Shown one piece after another: positions 1-10,600 of a DNA stretch of 64,000 bases. The position numbers and the translations under genes are program-made. The stretch's first letter is position 1; every line of letters begins with the position of its first letter. Below the pieces are notes generated by a model. That model was not told the origin of the DNA. It did no database searches and was given only the letters and a program-made list of their open reading frames with translations. This stretch comes from an uncultured Poribacteria bacterium (GTDB lineage Bacteria > Poribacteria > WGA-4E > WGA-3G). The stretch covers positions 4,160,001 to 4,224,000 of the forward strand of contig CATQHZ020000001.1 in the NCBI GenBank assembly GCA_958296135.2, read 5' to 3'.

Positions 1-230
1 GCTAACGGCAACTGCGATAGCAGCGAAGGAGTCTGTTGCCCATCCACCACGCGAACCGTTGTCTCTGACTGATACACCGGCACTGTGAAATCGGTGACGA
101 GGAATGCTCCCAAAACGGAGAGTAAGAAAATCGTAAGCGCGCTCCACTTATTCCGAAAAAGCATCCAAAAATAGTCCGATAATCGGATTTCTCTAATCTC
201 TTCAAGTTGCCGGTCTGTTGTTTCTTGCAT
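1..230 (-). CDS. Wzc/GumC-type polysaccharide chain-length determinant, N-terminal part (runs off window edge)
   Basis: Manual translation from ATG 230: MQETTDRQLEEIREIRLSDYFWMLFRNKWSALTIFLLSVLGAFLVTDFTVPVYQSETTVRV. This matches the Wzz/Wzc N-terminal pattern (EIxLxDY..L..KW, TM helix, PVYxS). It follows a Wza-like gene. Not in the ORF track because no stop lies in the window. Confidence 0.8.
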   Translation of the reverse strand, partial: MQETTDRQLEEIREIRLSDYFWMLFRNKWSALTIFLLSVLGAFLVTDFTVPVYQSETTVRVVDGQQTPSLLSQLPL

Positions 231-387
231 CTTCAGTCTGTTTCCTTTTTTCTCTCGTTCGCAAAGCGTTCGGCTGGCCGCACTGGTGCATTCGTCCATT
301 CTCTGTAGAATAAAAGCACCTGAGCTTGACTGTTACGCCTCAACGGTGTCATCTGGTTGCGCTCGGTGCCCGCAAACTACAGATTCC

Positions 388-471
388 CCGGTAGGCGCTG
401 TTTTCAACCGCTCACAGGTGAGGTTGCGCGCTTACAACGCGTGCCTACGGGGTTGAGGCTGTGTCCATCCT
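388..471. repeat. REP doublet (family B, REPIN-like)
   Basis: GTAGGCGCTGTTTTCAACCGC - spacer GGTGAGGTTG - GCGCTTACAACGCGTGCCTAC-GGGGTTG; homologous to 3439-3520 (inverted) and 23067-23120. Confidence 0.75.
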
Positions 472-473
472 AC

Positions 474-1730
474 CTAATTCCGTAGCCCAAGCACGTTCAC
501 GAGCAGGCTCGTCAGCGAAGCGGCAAACGTCAGTACGCGCCAATCAATCCGCATCCGCTCCCGAATACGGATCTGGTCATCCGGATTGAGGTAAACCTTC
601 GAGTGCATCTCGTCAAAGTTCAATTCCTCGGTTGTGCCGTTTGCACGCGTCAGGATACACTTCTTCGGGTTCGCTCTGTCTTCGTTTAACCCGCCTGCCA
701 TCGCGACGGCCTTTCCTAACAGCACGGGTTCCGTGATAACATATTCGCCCGGTTTATCTACCGCGCCGATGACGCTAATCTTCGCCTCCGCTAGTGGGAT
801 ATACAACGTGTCGCCAGGGCCCAACATCGCCTCCCCGGTATCCGATGTCAAGTCTACGGAAATGCGTCCTTCGTTAGTGATGACTTCCGCCTTGCCCAGG
901 TCTGTGAAATCGGCTCTGGAACCACCGGCGAGTTTTAACGCCTGAACCGCAGGAATTTGTCGTACGGAGATAGGATAGACACCGGGTGCCATCACCGCAC
1001 CGATAACCCGAATAGGACGCTGCTCAAAGGCAGATGGCACGATGATAGTGTCGTAGTCTCGCAAGGGAACATCGGGACCGCCCGCCTCAACGAGCGCGAT
1101 AAAATCTACCGTCTGGTAAAGTTCTCCATCACGCCAGATGGTAACCCCGGTCAAATCAGCGAGCTCATAGTTGATGCCCGCCGCCGCCAGCGCATGCATG
1201 AGGTAAACCTGTCCTGTCTCAAAGACATGCGGATTCCCCCGGCCCCTCGGCTCTACGGCTCCGAGCACCAGAATGGTGCGCTTCGGTTGCATCAGCGTCA
1301 CGAAAACGCGCGCACTCGGCAACCGCTCAGCAAATGCCGCCTGCATCCGAGCCTCGAGTTCCGAAATCGTCACTCCTGTCGCTTTGATAACGCCTATCAG
1401 CGGATAGGAAATGTAGCCATCCGGTTGTATCGGGATAGGCGTGCGCTCCTTGCTATATTCCGGATACCCTTCCACCGTTACCACAACCTGGTCACCGGCT
1501 TGCAATTGATACGTCGTGAACTCGTCGCCGTGCGCTACCTTGGTTGCTGGCACAATAGGCACTCCCTCGTCTTCAATAACGGTGCCTTCGGCCGCCACCG
1601 ATTGTGCCACTAGGGAGAGGGGCTGTCCCCTATCGTGGCCCGCGCCAAGCGAACTTCGGCCTATTCCGAGCTGCCCCAGAATTAACAGGAACATCACGAA
1701 AGCCTGGAACCTTAAAAATGCTGTCTTCAT
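474..1730 (-). CDS. Polysaccharide biosynthesis/export protein with SLBB repeats (Wza-like)
   Basis: Signal peptide; Poly_export motif YQLQAGDQVVVTV..IQPDGYISYPLIG; repeated V.GAV..PG.Y SLBB motifs. Confidence 0.85.
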   Translation of the reverse strand: MKTAFLRFQAFVMFLLILGQLGIGRSSLGAGHDRGQPLSLVAQSVAAEGTVIEDEGVPIVPATKVAHGDEFTTYQLQAGDQVVVTVEGYPEYSKERTPIPIQPDGYISYPLIGVIKATGVTISELEARMQAAFAERLPSARVFVTLMQPKRTILVLGAVEPRGRGNPHVFETGQVYLMHALAAAGINYELADLTGVTIWRDGELYQTVDFIALVEAGGPDVPLRDYDTIIVPSAFEQRPIRVIGAVMAPGVYPISVRQIPAVQALKLAGGSRADFTDLGKAEVITNEGRISVDLTSDTGEAMLGPGDTLYIPLAEAKISVIGAVDKPGEYVITEPVLLGKAVAMAGGLNEDRANPKKCILTRANGTTEELNFDEMHSKVYLNPDDQIRIRERMRIDWRVLTFAASLTSLLVNVLGLRN

Positions 1731-1953
1731 CAATCCAATTGCTCCTCAGCCAGTAGGGCGAAGGGCTGTCCCGCGCCAAGCGAACACCAGCCTATAATGA
1801 ACAACCTCTGTCTGAAATAATTTATCTGTTTGTTGCATCATTGAACCAAATCCATCGTTAATTCTGTTTTAGCGGCTACCGTGCGAAAATGCAAGTAACG
1901 GGGGCAAGATCCGGCGCTCGGGTTTCCCGACAGAATAGAAAAGCGTTTCTCCA

Positions 1954-2796
1954 TCAATTCAGGCGCGCTAGCAACTGACGCAGCACCCGAATATTCCGCT
2001 CAATAGCCGCTACTTCCACCGGATTCTCCTCAATCTCAAGACACCTCTCAAAAACAGAAATCGCGTCGCTGTAAGCACCAGTTCTGTAGAGCATGTAGCC
2101 GAATCCGCGAAGATCGCCGGCGGAATGCGGCAGGAACCAAGTGATGCGCTGCGCCGCTCGCAGTGCTGCCGCATCGCGACCCAGGCGTGTATAGGCATGC
2201 ATGAGATTCCGCAAAATACGCGCTAAAATCTCCCTATTCGTCGCTTCGGTTAACATGCTCGGCAGCAGGCCTACCGACTGTCCGAAGGTTCCCTGGAGTT
2301 TCGCCTCCAGGGCCTCCTCCGACATGACTTTCCCAGTGTCAAACGCGTCAATAAAAACGTCCAGATGTTCACGCTTATATTTCACGAGGAAATGGCTCGG
2401 GAAATTCACGCCGACGAGCGGCAAACCTGCGCGTCTGCCGACTTCGATGTAGACGACAGACAGCGTAATCGGCAGCCCCATTTTTCTGTTGAGGACGACG
2501 TTGAGGAAGTTGTTACTCAGCGCGTAGTAGTCCTTATTATTCCCCTGAAATCCCTGCTCCTCAAAGAGATAGCGGTTCAGCTCAGCGATGTGATGCTCGG
2601 GGAACGCCGTTTCCTGCACCTTTTGACGAATAGCGTCAGCCATCTCATCTAACCGATGCAGATAAGCGGCGATATCCAGCTTAGGATAATCGCTTTGTGC
2701 AATGAGCAGGGCACCGACTGCCAACTCTAACTCATTATCGGGTAAGTTCGCGAAATCAAAAACCGGGTCTGGTGGACGATGTACCATGGTTCCCAT
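1954..2796 (-). CDS. SirB1/YchA-family transglutaminase-like protein with C-terminal TPR
   Basis: GFQGN..DYY, FLN.VL.RK.G.PITLSVVY, GVNFPSHFLV, ILARILRNL motifs. Start codon uncertain (2796 or 2787). Confidence 0.85.
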   Translation of the reverse strand: MGTMVHRPPDPVFDFANLPDNELELAVGALLIAQSDYPKLDIAAYLHRLDEMADAIRQKVQETAFPEHHIAELNRYLFEEQGFQGNNKDYYALSNNFLNVVLNRKMGLPITLSVVYIEVGRRAGLPLVGVNFPSHFLVKYKREHLDVFIDAFDTGKVMSEEALEAKLQGTFGQSVGLLPSMLTEATNREILARILRNLMHAYTRLGRDAAALRAAQRITWFLPHSAGDLRGFGYMLYRTGAYSDAISVFERCLEIEENPVEVAAIERNIRVLRQLLARLN

Positions 2797-2896
2797 CCCC
2801 CTATTTTGCAGGGCTTTTGTCGTTCGCAATGCGTTCGGACAGCATCAATTGGACGAAGAAAGGTTCTTGCCAGGGTGCCTTCACAGTAGTCAGGTG

Positions 2897-3334
2897 TCAA
2901 GGCTTACGTTCCTTTTTTTTATCGGGTTGCTGTCTCACAATTCTGCGCGGCAACCCGTTATCCAACACCCCTAAAAGCGTCAGATGAAGTTGCGCGCGGG
3001 GCGGGAGCGTCTCTGTCAACGCTTCTTCCGCCTGTTCTATCTGTCGCTGCATCTCTTTCCGTTTCGTCCGGTGCTCCGCCAAAGTCTCCTGAATTTCCGC
3101 GTCTTCGATGGCCGGATCCTTTGCGAGTTGGTTTAAGATTTGCAGAGTTTTCGTCGCTTGAATCTGTTTTTGCCGTTTGAGTTCCCACATCGCTTTGATT
3201 TGGATTTTCTGTTCTTCCGTTACGCCGAGGTCAGCCAGTGTTGTGCCTTTTTCCTTTTGCGCCCAGGCGATAACGGCGCACGTGGCGAGAATGGCGAGTA
3301 TTCCGACGGTGCGTTGTATCCACACATTTTGCAT
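2897..3334 (-). CDS. Secreted helical protein, Spy/CpxP/periplasmic metal-sensor-like
   Basis: AGGAGG RBS before ATG 3334; signal peptide; LGVTEEQK..IK motif and coiled coil. Confidence 0.6.
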   Translation of the reverse strand: MQNVWIQRTVGILAILATCAVIAWAQKEKGTTLADLGVTEEQKIQIKAMWELKRQKQIQATKTLQILNQLAKDPAIEDAEIQETLAEHRTKRKEMQRQIEQAEEALTETLPPRAQLHLTLLGVLDNGLPRRIVRQQPDKKKERKP

Positions 3335-3356
3335 ACGTCTGCCTCCTGTTAAGAAA

Positions 3357-3385
3357 AGTTTAACACAGCATCGGAAAAATGTCAA
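3357..3385 (-). promoter_or_regulatory. Sigma70-type promoter
   Basis: TTGACA-N17-TAAACT on the minus strand upstream of ATG 3334. Confidence 0.55.
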
Positions 3386-3438
3386 GATAAAAATTCGTTT
3401 GCACAAAAACGCGCGATAGACTACAATAAACTTAAATT

Positions 3439-3520
3439 AGGACAGCCGCAGAACCAACCCCGTAGGTGCGGTTTTCAACAGCACAACCTCACCCGGGCGC
3501 GGTTGCAAACCGTCACACCG
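3439..3520. repeat. REP doublet (family B, REPIN-like)
   Basis: AGGACAGCCGCAGAACCAACCCCGTAGGTGCGGTTT matches the reverse complement of 23085-23120 almost exactly. Confidence 0.75.
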
Positions 3521-3663
3521 ACAGGAAAGACATCGTTTTTGCATTGAGCCAGCGGGACAATCCTCTTCCGCGCCTACCGGGGGCGAATTATAGCATTTGC
3601 GTAAGTCCGGAACATATCTCGAACTGTCTAAAACACCAATGCAACGTTCAGAGGAGCCCTATT

Positions 3664-3924
3664 TTGGAAAAAATCCGCGAACTCGCTGCACTACTCACAT
3701 CAGGAATTGAAGACTACGACGAGCAAGTCAAGGTACTTCAGACCGAAAGGTTGAAATACATCCGCCTCGCCATGACTGAAGGATTCGGCACAGGTGAAGG
3801 CGAATCTAAAGACTCATGGCTCCTGCACCTGAAGCAGCTGGAAGATTCGTTGACGCGCCGGCGAGACGCGCTGCGGCAGGCGATTCTCATGGCAGGCGAT
3901 GACATGCGTCAATCGGAGGAATAA
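3664..3924 (+). CDS. Small helical hypothetical protein
   Basis: GAGGAG RBS before TTG 3664; its stop abuts ATG 3925. The longer track ORF from 3466 runs through repeats. Confidence 0.55.
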   Translation: MEKIRELAALLTSGIEDYDEQVKVLQTERLKYIRLAMTEGFGTGEGESKDSWLLHLKQLEDSLTRRRDALRQAILMAGDDMRQSEE

Positions 3925-6900
3925 ATGGAACTTGTTTTATCGCGTTCAAACCGTAGGGCGCGGGCCTGGCCCTCGCCAAGCATAAGCGTTCAAACCGTAG
4001 GGCGAGAGCCTGTCCATCGCAAGGCACCTACCTTACGATGGAACTTCTGGTGCACAATCCTGCTGACATGCTTCACTTTCGTGGGATACACCCTCGCGCA
4101 AAAAACGGACACCACCGAAATCATTGAAAACGCATCCCGGCACCAGAATCTGGGGCTCGCGTATCTCGAAGAGTCCCAACCCTCTAAAGCTATCGCTGAG
4201 TTTGAGGCACTCATCGCTCTGCTCCCCAATGAGGGAATCGGCTACGGTAACCTCGCGGTCGCGCATTTAAGGCTCCAACAGGCAGATGCCGCCGAATCGG
4301 TAGTGAAGCAGGGTATCCAAGCGGCACCGATGGATAGTCAACTCCACTTCATCTTGTCGGAAGTCTATCAGCTGCAGGGGAAAACCGTGCTGGCGGTAGC
4401 GGCGATGACGGAGGCGGTGCGACTCGCCCCCGATAACCTTGAATTTCGCTATAAACTCGCACGCCACTATTTGGGACAGAGAAATAAGCCGGAAGCATTA
4501 CAGGAAGCAAGCACACATCTACAGGCACTACATGACATTTCGCCCGCCAACATTGTCGTGCTGATGAAACTTGCACAAGCGCGCCTATCGCAAGGTGAAC
4601 CCGAACAAGCCAAGCACCTCGGCGCAGAATTGCACGCGCTATTATCGGATACCGACGCAGAGAAACTGAAATACCTCACGCAGGGGATGACACAGATCGA
4701 ACAAGGTGACGTGAAAACGGCGGCGCGAAATTTCCGCATCTTTGAAAACTTGCATCGCGCCACCCCGCGCTATCAGCAAGGCATCGGCGAATTGGTGACA
4801 GACATCTTAGGGCATCCGATCGAAACGTTCAGCCCAGGCTCCAAAGCGCGGCTCACTGCCAAACAGACCGGGGCTATTCCGGTGCAGTTTGTCGACATCA
4901 CTGCAGATATCGGACTGGGCAATGTCCAAGTTCCGATGGAAACGGGCACGCCTTCAGTCTCTCTCGCTGACTACAACGGTGATGGAAATCTAGACATGTA
5001 TATCGCACCGATAGGCATGCTCTTCCGGAATGCAGGAGAAACGTTTGTCCGCGCTCACCAATTTCCCGAATTGGGTGCGCACACGGCGACGTTCGCCGAT
5101 CTGGATAAAGATGGCACGCAAGAACTCCTCTTGCAAACCCACGCCGGAATTACCGTCGTGCACTTGCAAGATACAGATACCGTAGCGCGAGGGGCTGGCC
5201 CTCGCCACGCTCCAATCGTGCGACATGCAGATGCTGAAGAAGCCACCCCCGCGCGCTTATTGCCAATTGACACAGACCACGATGGAGATCTGGACTTGCT
5301 TTCAAACTACACCGTGGAGCGAGGGAAACCTGTCCCTCGCCGGGCGCAGAGCCCCCCACGAATGTATCGTAACAACGGCGATAGCACCTTCACCGATGTT
5401 TCAGAGCAAACCTTCCAGCAGGATACCGTAGGGCGAGGGCCTATCCCTCGCGATGCTTCAGTCGGGACAGCCGCACTCGCCGCTGATTTCGACGACGATG
5501 GCGACATTGATATCTTCACAACGCACGGCGGAACGGGATGCACGCTGTGGGACAACCTCCGCCAAGGGAGACTCCGTGCCCGAACCGATGAAACCGGCAT
5601 CGCGCAGGATGCACACTACTCGGCAGCCGCCGCTGGCGATTATGATAACGATGGCAATGTCGATATCTTCCTAACCACCGAGACAGCCTATCACCTCTAT
5701 CGCAATCGAGGCGATGCCAGTTTTGTGCCAGAACGTAGAGGTGGATTTCTATATCCACCCGAAGCAGGAGCGCGGGCCACCGACGTTCAAAATATTGACT
5801 ATGATAATGACGGGTTTGTTGATATCTGGATGCTCGGCGAACAGGGGATGTCCCTCCTTCGGAACGATGGAACAGGGCGGTTCACCGAAGCGCGAAACTC
5901 GCTACCACCGGATATCGCCGGCATTGCCGGGGCAGTCGGCGATGTGGATAATGATGGAGCACTAGACCTTTTTTTCATTGACGGCCCAGGGCAATTGCGC
6001 GTCCTGCAAAACCGCGGCGGCAACCAAAATAATTGGATACAGGTGAAACTGGAAGGCATTACCGCAGGAAATAACAAAATTAATCGAGACGGCCTCGGCT
6101 CAAAATTGGAGGTGAAAGTCGGGGACCTGTATCAGGTGCAGTATGTCTCACAACAAGTTTCGCATTTCGGGTTAGGCGCGTTTGAGGCGGCTGATGTCGT
6201 CCGAGTCGTCTGGACAAACGGCGTGCCACAAAACGTCATCGCGCCCAAAGCAAGACAGCGGATTTTAGAGAAACAGGTGCTGAAAGGTTCCTGTCCGTTC
6301 CTCTACGTCTACGATGGCGAACGCTATCGGTTTGTCACCGATTTGTTGTGGCGCGCGCCGCTGGGGCTCGTCACCTCCATGGGGTTCATCGCGCCCGATG
6401 AGACGAAAGACTTCGTCAAAATCCCGGCATCCTACATCCAGCCGAAAGATGGAAAATACTCCATCCAAATCACGGAGGAATTGTGGGAGACAGCGTATTT
6501 TGACGTAGTGAAACTCATCGCGATCGACCATCCTGAAGGCACGGATATCTTCACGAATGAGCAATACACCCCACCGCCGTTTGCGGAATTCAAGGTGTAT
6601 GGCGTTGCGGAGAAACTGCATCCGAACGCTGCTTTCAATCATCGCGGAGAGGACGTTTCGGAGGCGTTGCAGGCGTTGGATTACCGCTATGCGGTAGAGC
6701 ATGCACCCGGTGTTCATCAAGGCGTTGTTGAACCTCACGCGATTATCTTAACTCTTTCCAGCCAGCCGCAGTCTGTCCCTCGCCGTGCCCAGGCCGCTAT
6801 AAATAACGATACACCCGTAACGTTGTTCCTCAGCGGCTGGATTTTCCCGACAGATACGAGCATCAACGTCGCGCTTTACCAAAATCCTGCAATAAGTCCG

Positions 6901-7623
6901 AAATTCCCATCAGTATCAGTGAAAAATGAAGCCGGCGAATGGCAAACGGTTATTGAGATGATTGGCCTGCCCGCGGGCAAAAACAAGACTATCGCCGTAG
7001 ATCTGACCGGCAAATTCCTGTCCGACGACAGACAGGTCCGGATTGACACCGATTTGCAGATTTACTGGGACGCGGCATTTTTCATCGTCGGTGAGCAGGA
7101 TGTCCCGATGCACCTCACCGAATTAACACCGGACAGCGCGGATTTGCACTACCGCGGCTTTTCGGAGATGTATCGTCCGACACCGCACGCACCGCATCTG
7201 TTTGACTACGAAAAGATGACAACAACGGCGCAGTGGCGGGATCTGGCGGGACACTACACCCGCTACGGCGATGTGAAACCGTTATTGCAAGCGGTTGACG
7301 ATATGTATGTCATTCTCAACGCCGGTGACGAAATCACGGTAGAATTTGATGCATCGCGCCTGCCGGCGTTAAAGGCAGGATGGGTGCGCGACTTCATCCT
7401 CTATAGCGATGGATGGGACAAAGATGGCGACATCAACACGCTTACCTCGCAAACGGTGGAGCCGCTCCCGTTTCACGGAATGTCTGCTTATCCCTATCCC
7501 GATACCGAGCAGTATCCTGACGATGCCGAGCACAGACGGTATCGGTTAGAATACAACACTCGGCGAGTAACGCATCGGTTGCCGCCATTGCCCGGGGCCG
7601 CAACAAATGAACGTGACAATTAA
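3925..7623 (+). CDS. Secreted TPR + FG-GAP/VCBS repeat + ASPIC/UnbV (CRTAC1-like) protein
   Basis: N-terminal TPR helices; multiple DxDxDGxxD Ca-binding motifs; NRDGLGSKLEV...HFGLG..VRVVW.NG ASPIC motif; GSCPFLY C-terminal domain; GGAGGA RBS. Confidence 0.85.
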   Translation: MELVLSRSNRRARAWPSPSISVQTVGREPVHRKAPTLRWNFWCTILLTCFTFVGYTLAQKTDTTEIIENASRHQNLGLAYLEESQPSKAIAEFEALIALLPNEGIGYGNLAVAHLRLQQADAAESVVKQGIQAAPMDSQLHFILSEVYQLQGKTVLAVAAMTEAVRLAPDNLEFRYKLARHYLGQRNKPEALQEASTHLQALHDISPANIVVLMKLAQARLSQGEPEQAKHLGAELHALLSDTDAEKLKYLTQGMTQIEQGDVKTAARNFRIFENLHRATPRYQQGIGELVTDILGHPIETFSPGSKARLTAKQTGAIPVQFVDITADIGLGNVQVPMETGTPSVSLADYNGDGNLDMYIAPIGMLFRNAGETFVRAHQFPELGAHTATFADLDKDGTQELLLQTHAGITVVHLQDTDTVARGAGPRHAPIVRHADAEEATPARLLPIDTDHDGDLDLLSNYTVERGKPVPRRAQSPPRMYRNNGDSTFTDVSEQTFQQDTVGRGPIPRDASVGTAALAADFDDDGDIDIFTTHGGTGCTLWDNLRQGRLRARTDETGIAQDAHYSAAAAGDYDNDGNVDIFLTTETAYHLYRNRGDASFVPERRGGFLYPPEAGARATDVQNIDYDNDGFVDIWMLGEQGMSLLRNDGTGRFTEARNSLPPDIAGIAGAVGDVDNDGALDLFFIDGPGQLRVLQNRGGNQNNWIQVKLEGITAGNNKINRDGLGSKLEVKVGDLYQVQYVSQQVSHFGLGAFEAADVVRVVWTNGVPQNVIAPKARQRILEKQVLKGSCPFLYVYDGERYRFVTDLLWRAPLGLVTSMGFIAPDETKDFVKIPASYIQPKDGKYSIQITEELWETAYFDVVKLIAIDHPEGTDIFTNEQYTPPPFAEFKVYGVAEKLHPNAAFNHRGEDVSEALQALDYRYAVEHAPGVHQGVVEPHAIILTLSSQPQSVPRRAQAAINNDTPVTLFLSGWIFPTDTSINVALYQNPAISPKFPSVSVKNEAGEWQTVIEMIGLPAGKNKTIAVDLTGKFLSDDRQVRIDTDLQIYWDAAFFIVGEQDVPMHLTELTPDSADLHYRGFSEMYRPTPHAPHLFDYEKMTTTAQWRDLAGHYTRYGDVKPLLQAVDDMYVILNAGDEITVEFDASRLPALKAGWVRDFILYSDGWDKDGDINTLTSQTVEPLPFHGMSAYPYPDTEQYPDDAEHRRYRLEYNTRRVTHRLPPLPGAATNERDN

Positions 7624-7683
7624 CCGCAGTGCAAAGTAAAATAACCCATAGTTAAACCCGTTTTTTCGCCAAGGACAACCGCT

Positions 7684-10600
7684 ATGCAATTCAACCTCAA
7701 CCAAACACGCCACTACCTCCGCGAAGCCGATTTTAACTCCCTCTTCATTGACGGCCTCGGATGGGACCGGCATCAGCAATCCCTCACCGTTACCGTTGAT
7801 GAAACCGCTTATGTCCTCACCGCTATTGTCGAAAAGCGCGGCATGGTGTTTTTTGAGTGCGCAACAACCGATGAAGCGCAAATGCCCAACTACTCCACGC
7901 GGCGCAAAATCCAACGAAAAGTCGCCGAATCTGTCCACGAACACGTTATCATTTACACCGACGCTGCGAAAACTACCCAGATCTGGCAGTGGGTCAAACG
8001 CGAACAAGGAAAACCCGACGCGTGCCGCGAACACCGCTATCATCACCAACAAACTGGTGACGCAATCCTCCAAAAACTCAAGACCATCGCCTTCAGCCTG
8101 GCGGAGGAAGAAGGACTAACACTACCCGATGTGACAGGCCGCGTCCGCGCCGCCTTTGACGTGGAACGCGTTACCAAACGCTTTTATGAACGTTTCAAAA
8201 AGGCACACGATGCATTCCTCACATTTCTGAAAGGCATCCCTGATGGAGAGATGCAGCAGGGGTATGTCTCCGTCATGCTCAACCGTCTGATGTTCATCTA
8301 CTTCATCCAGAAAAAGGGATGCCTCAACGGCGATGCCGACTATCTCCGCACGAACCTCACCCGAAGCAAAGCAGCAGGCACCGACAGGTTCTATAAAACG
8401 TTCCTCTGTCCCCTCTTCTTTCAAGGCTTCGCGACACCCGAAACCGAACGCACTGAGGAGACGAACCGACTCCTCGGCGAGGTGCCCTATCTCAACGGCG
8501 GTATCTTCCAACGCCATCAAATCGAGCAACAACACGGCGAAGCTATCCACATCTCCGACGCGGCGTTTGAGCAGCTCTTCGCTTTCTTTGAACAGTATCA
8601 GTGGCACCTTGATGAGCGGCCGCTGCGCAACGATAACGAAATCAACCCCGATGTTCTCGGCTATATCTTCGAGAAATACATCAACCAGAAGCAGATGGGG
8701 GCCTACTACACCCAAGAGGACATCACCGAATATATCAGCAAGAATACACTCATCCCGTTCCTTTTTGACGCGGCGCGCAAGGGGTGCAAAGTCGCCTTTG
8801 AAGGTGATGCAAGTGTCTGGCACCTGCTCCAAACTAATCCAGACCGGTATATTTACGATGCTGTCAAAACCGGTGCCCAACAAAATTTGCCGCCGGAAAT
8901 CGCCCTCGGCATTGACGATGTCTCTCAACGGGCGGCGTGGAATACCCTCGCATCGGACGCGTATGCGTTGCCAACAGAAATCTGGCGCGAAGTTGTCGCA
9001 CGGCGGCAGCGGTATGAACAAGTGCGCGCCAAACTCGCAAACGGCGAGATAGCCGACATTAACGCGCTCATCACCGAGAATCTCAACATCCGCCAATTCG
9101 CGCAAGACGTGATCGAGCATTGCGAGGGCCCCGAACTACTCCGAGCGTTTTGGAACGCTATCACACAGGTGACAATCCTCGATCCGACGTGTGGTTCAGG
9201 TGCGTTCCTCTTCGCCGCGCTGAATATCTTGGAGCCGCTCTACGAAGCATGCCTGGAACGGATGCAAGCCTTCGTTGATGAAGCAGAGCCGGTCTCGCCG
9301 CCCAGTAGGAGAAACCTCCCGGTCTCGCCGCCCCACGCTCGCCGCGCCCAAAAATACCCCGACTTCCGTGACATCCTCGCGCGTATTGCAAAACACCCGA
9401 ACCGCCGCTACTTCATCCTCAAGTCAATTATTATCAACAACCTTTACGGGGTAGATATTATGGACGAGGCAGTGGAGATTTGCAAACTCCGCCTCTTCCT
9501 CAAAATGGTAGCGCAGCTTGACGACGTGAACCAGATCGAACCGCTGCCAGACATTGACTTTAACGTGCAGGCCGGCAACACGCTTGTCGGATACGCCACC
9601 TACGACGAGGTGGAAAAGGCAGTCACGGGAAGATTTGACTTTGACAACACGATGGCGCGCATCCGTGAACGCGCCGAGGACGTTGAGAAACTCTTCTCTC
9701 TCTTTCGTCAGCAACAGACAGAACTGGGCAGCGATGTAACGCTGGCGGACAAACAGGCGTTGCAGGAGAAACTGGCAGAGTTATCCGACGAACTGAACGG
9801 CTACCTTGCAGAGGAATATGGTATGGATACCAGCAAAACTGATACGTATCAGCAGTGGCTTTCGTCGCATCAACCGTTCCATTGGTTCACCACGTTTTAC
9901 GGTATCCTCAAAGAGGGCGGCGGGTTTGATGTGATTATCGGCAATCCGCCCTATCTGGAATTAAGACAGATTGATTACGCGCCGCCGACAAATCTGGCAA
10001 GTTACCAGAGTAAGGCAATTCATGCAATGTGCGTGGAACGGAGTTTACAACTCTTAAATCCGCAAGGGTGCATGAGTATGATTGTTCCGATGGCGTTGGT
10101 TTCTACACGACGCATGCAAATCGTCCAAAGCCTTTTGGAAAAAAGCCGTAATGTCTGGTATGCTAACTATTCATGGCGGCCAGGTAAGTTGTTTGATACC
10201 GTAAATCGGGCACTGACGATTTTCGTCGCAGTGCCTTCAGAATGTGGCCAGACCTTTTCTACGGACTATCAGAAATGGACTTCCCAAAATCGGGATTTGC
10301 TGATGTATGCGGTTAATTATGTAGAAGTACCGCGCCACAGGCATGCGTTTTGGGTGCCAAAGTTGGGAAAGGAACTTGAAAGTTCCTTGCTCGAAAAATG
10401 TACGAAAATAAGAAATTCGCTGCGGTTAACGGCGCGTAAAGGTAAGCATCAAGTTTATTACCGTGCCGCCGGCGGGTTGTATTGGAAGGTATTTACGGAT
10501 TTTCCACCGGCATTTACGGTTAATGGCCAGGCGAGTCGTTCCTCTACCGCGACATCATTCGGCGTTGAAACCACCGAAATCGCAAAACCTATTATCGCAA

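Noticed and set aside
2-205. 67-aa track ORF
   Set aside because: Wrong frame; the Wzc-like frame starting at 230 explains the region.
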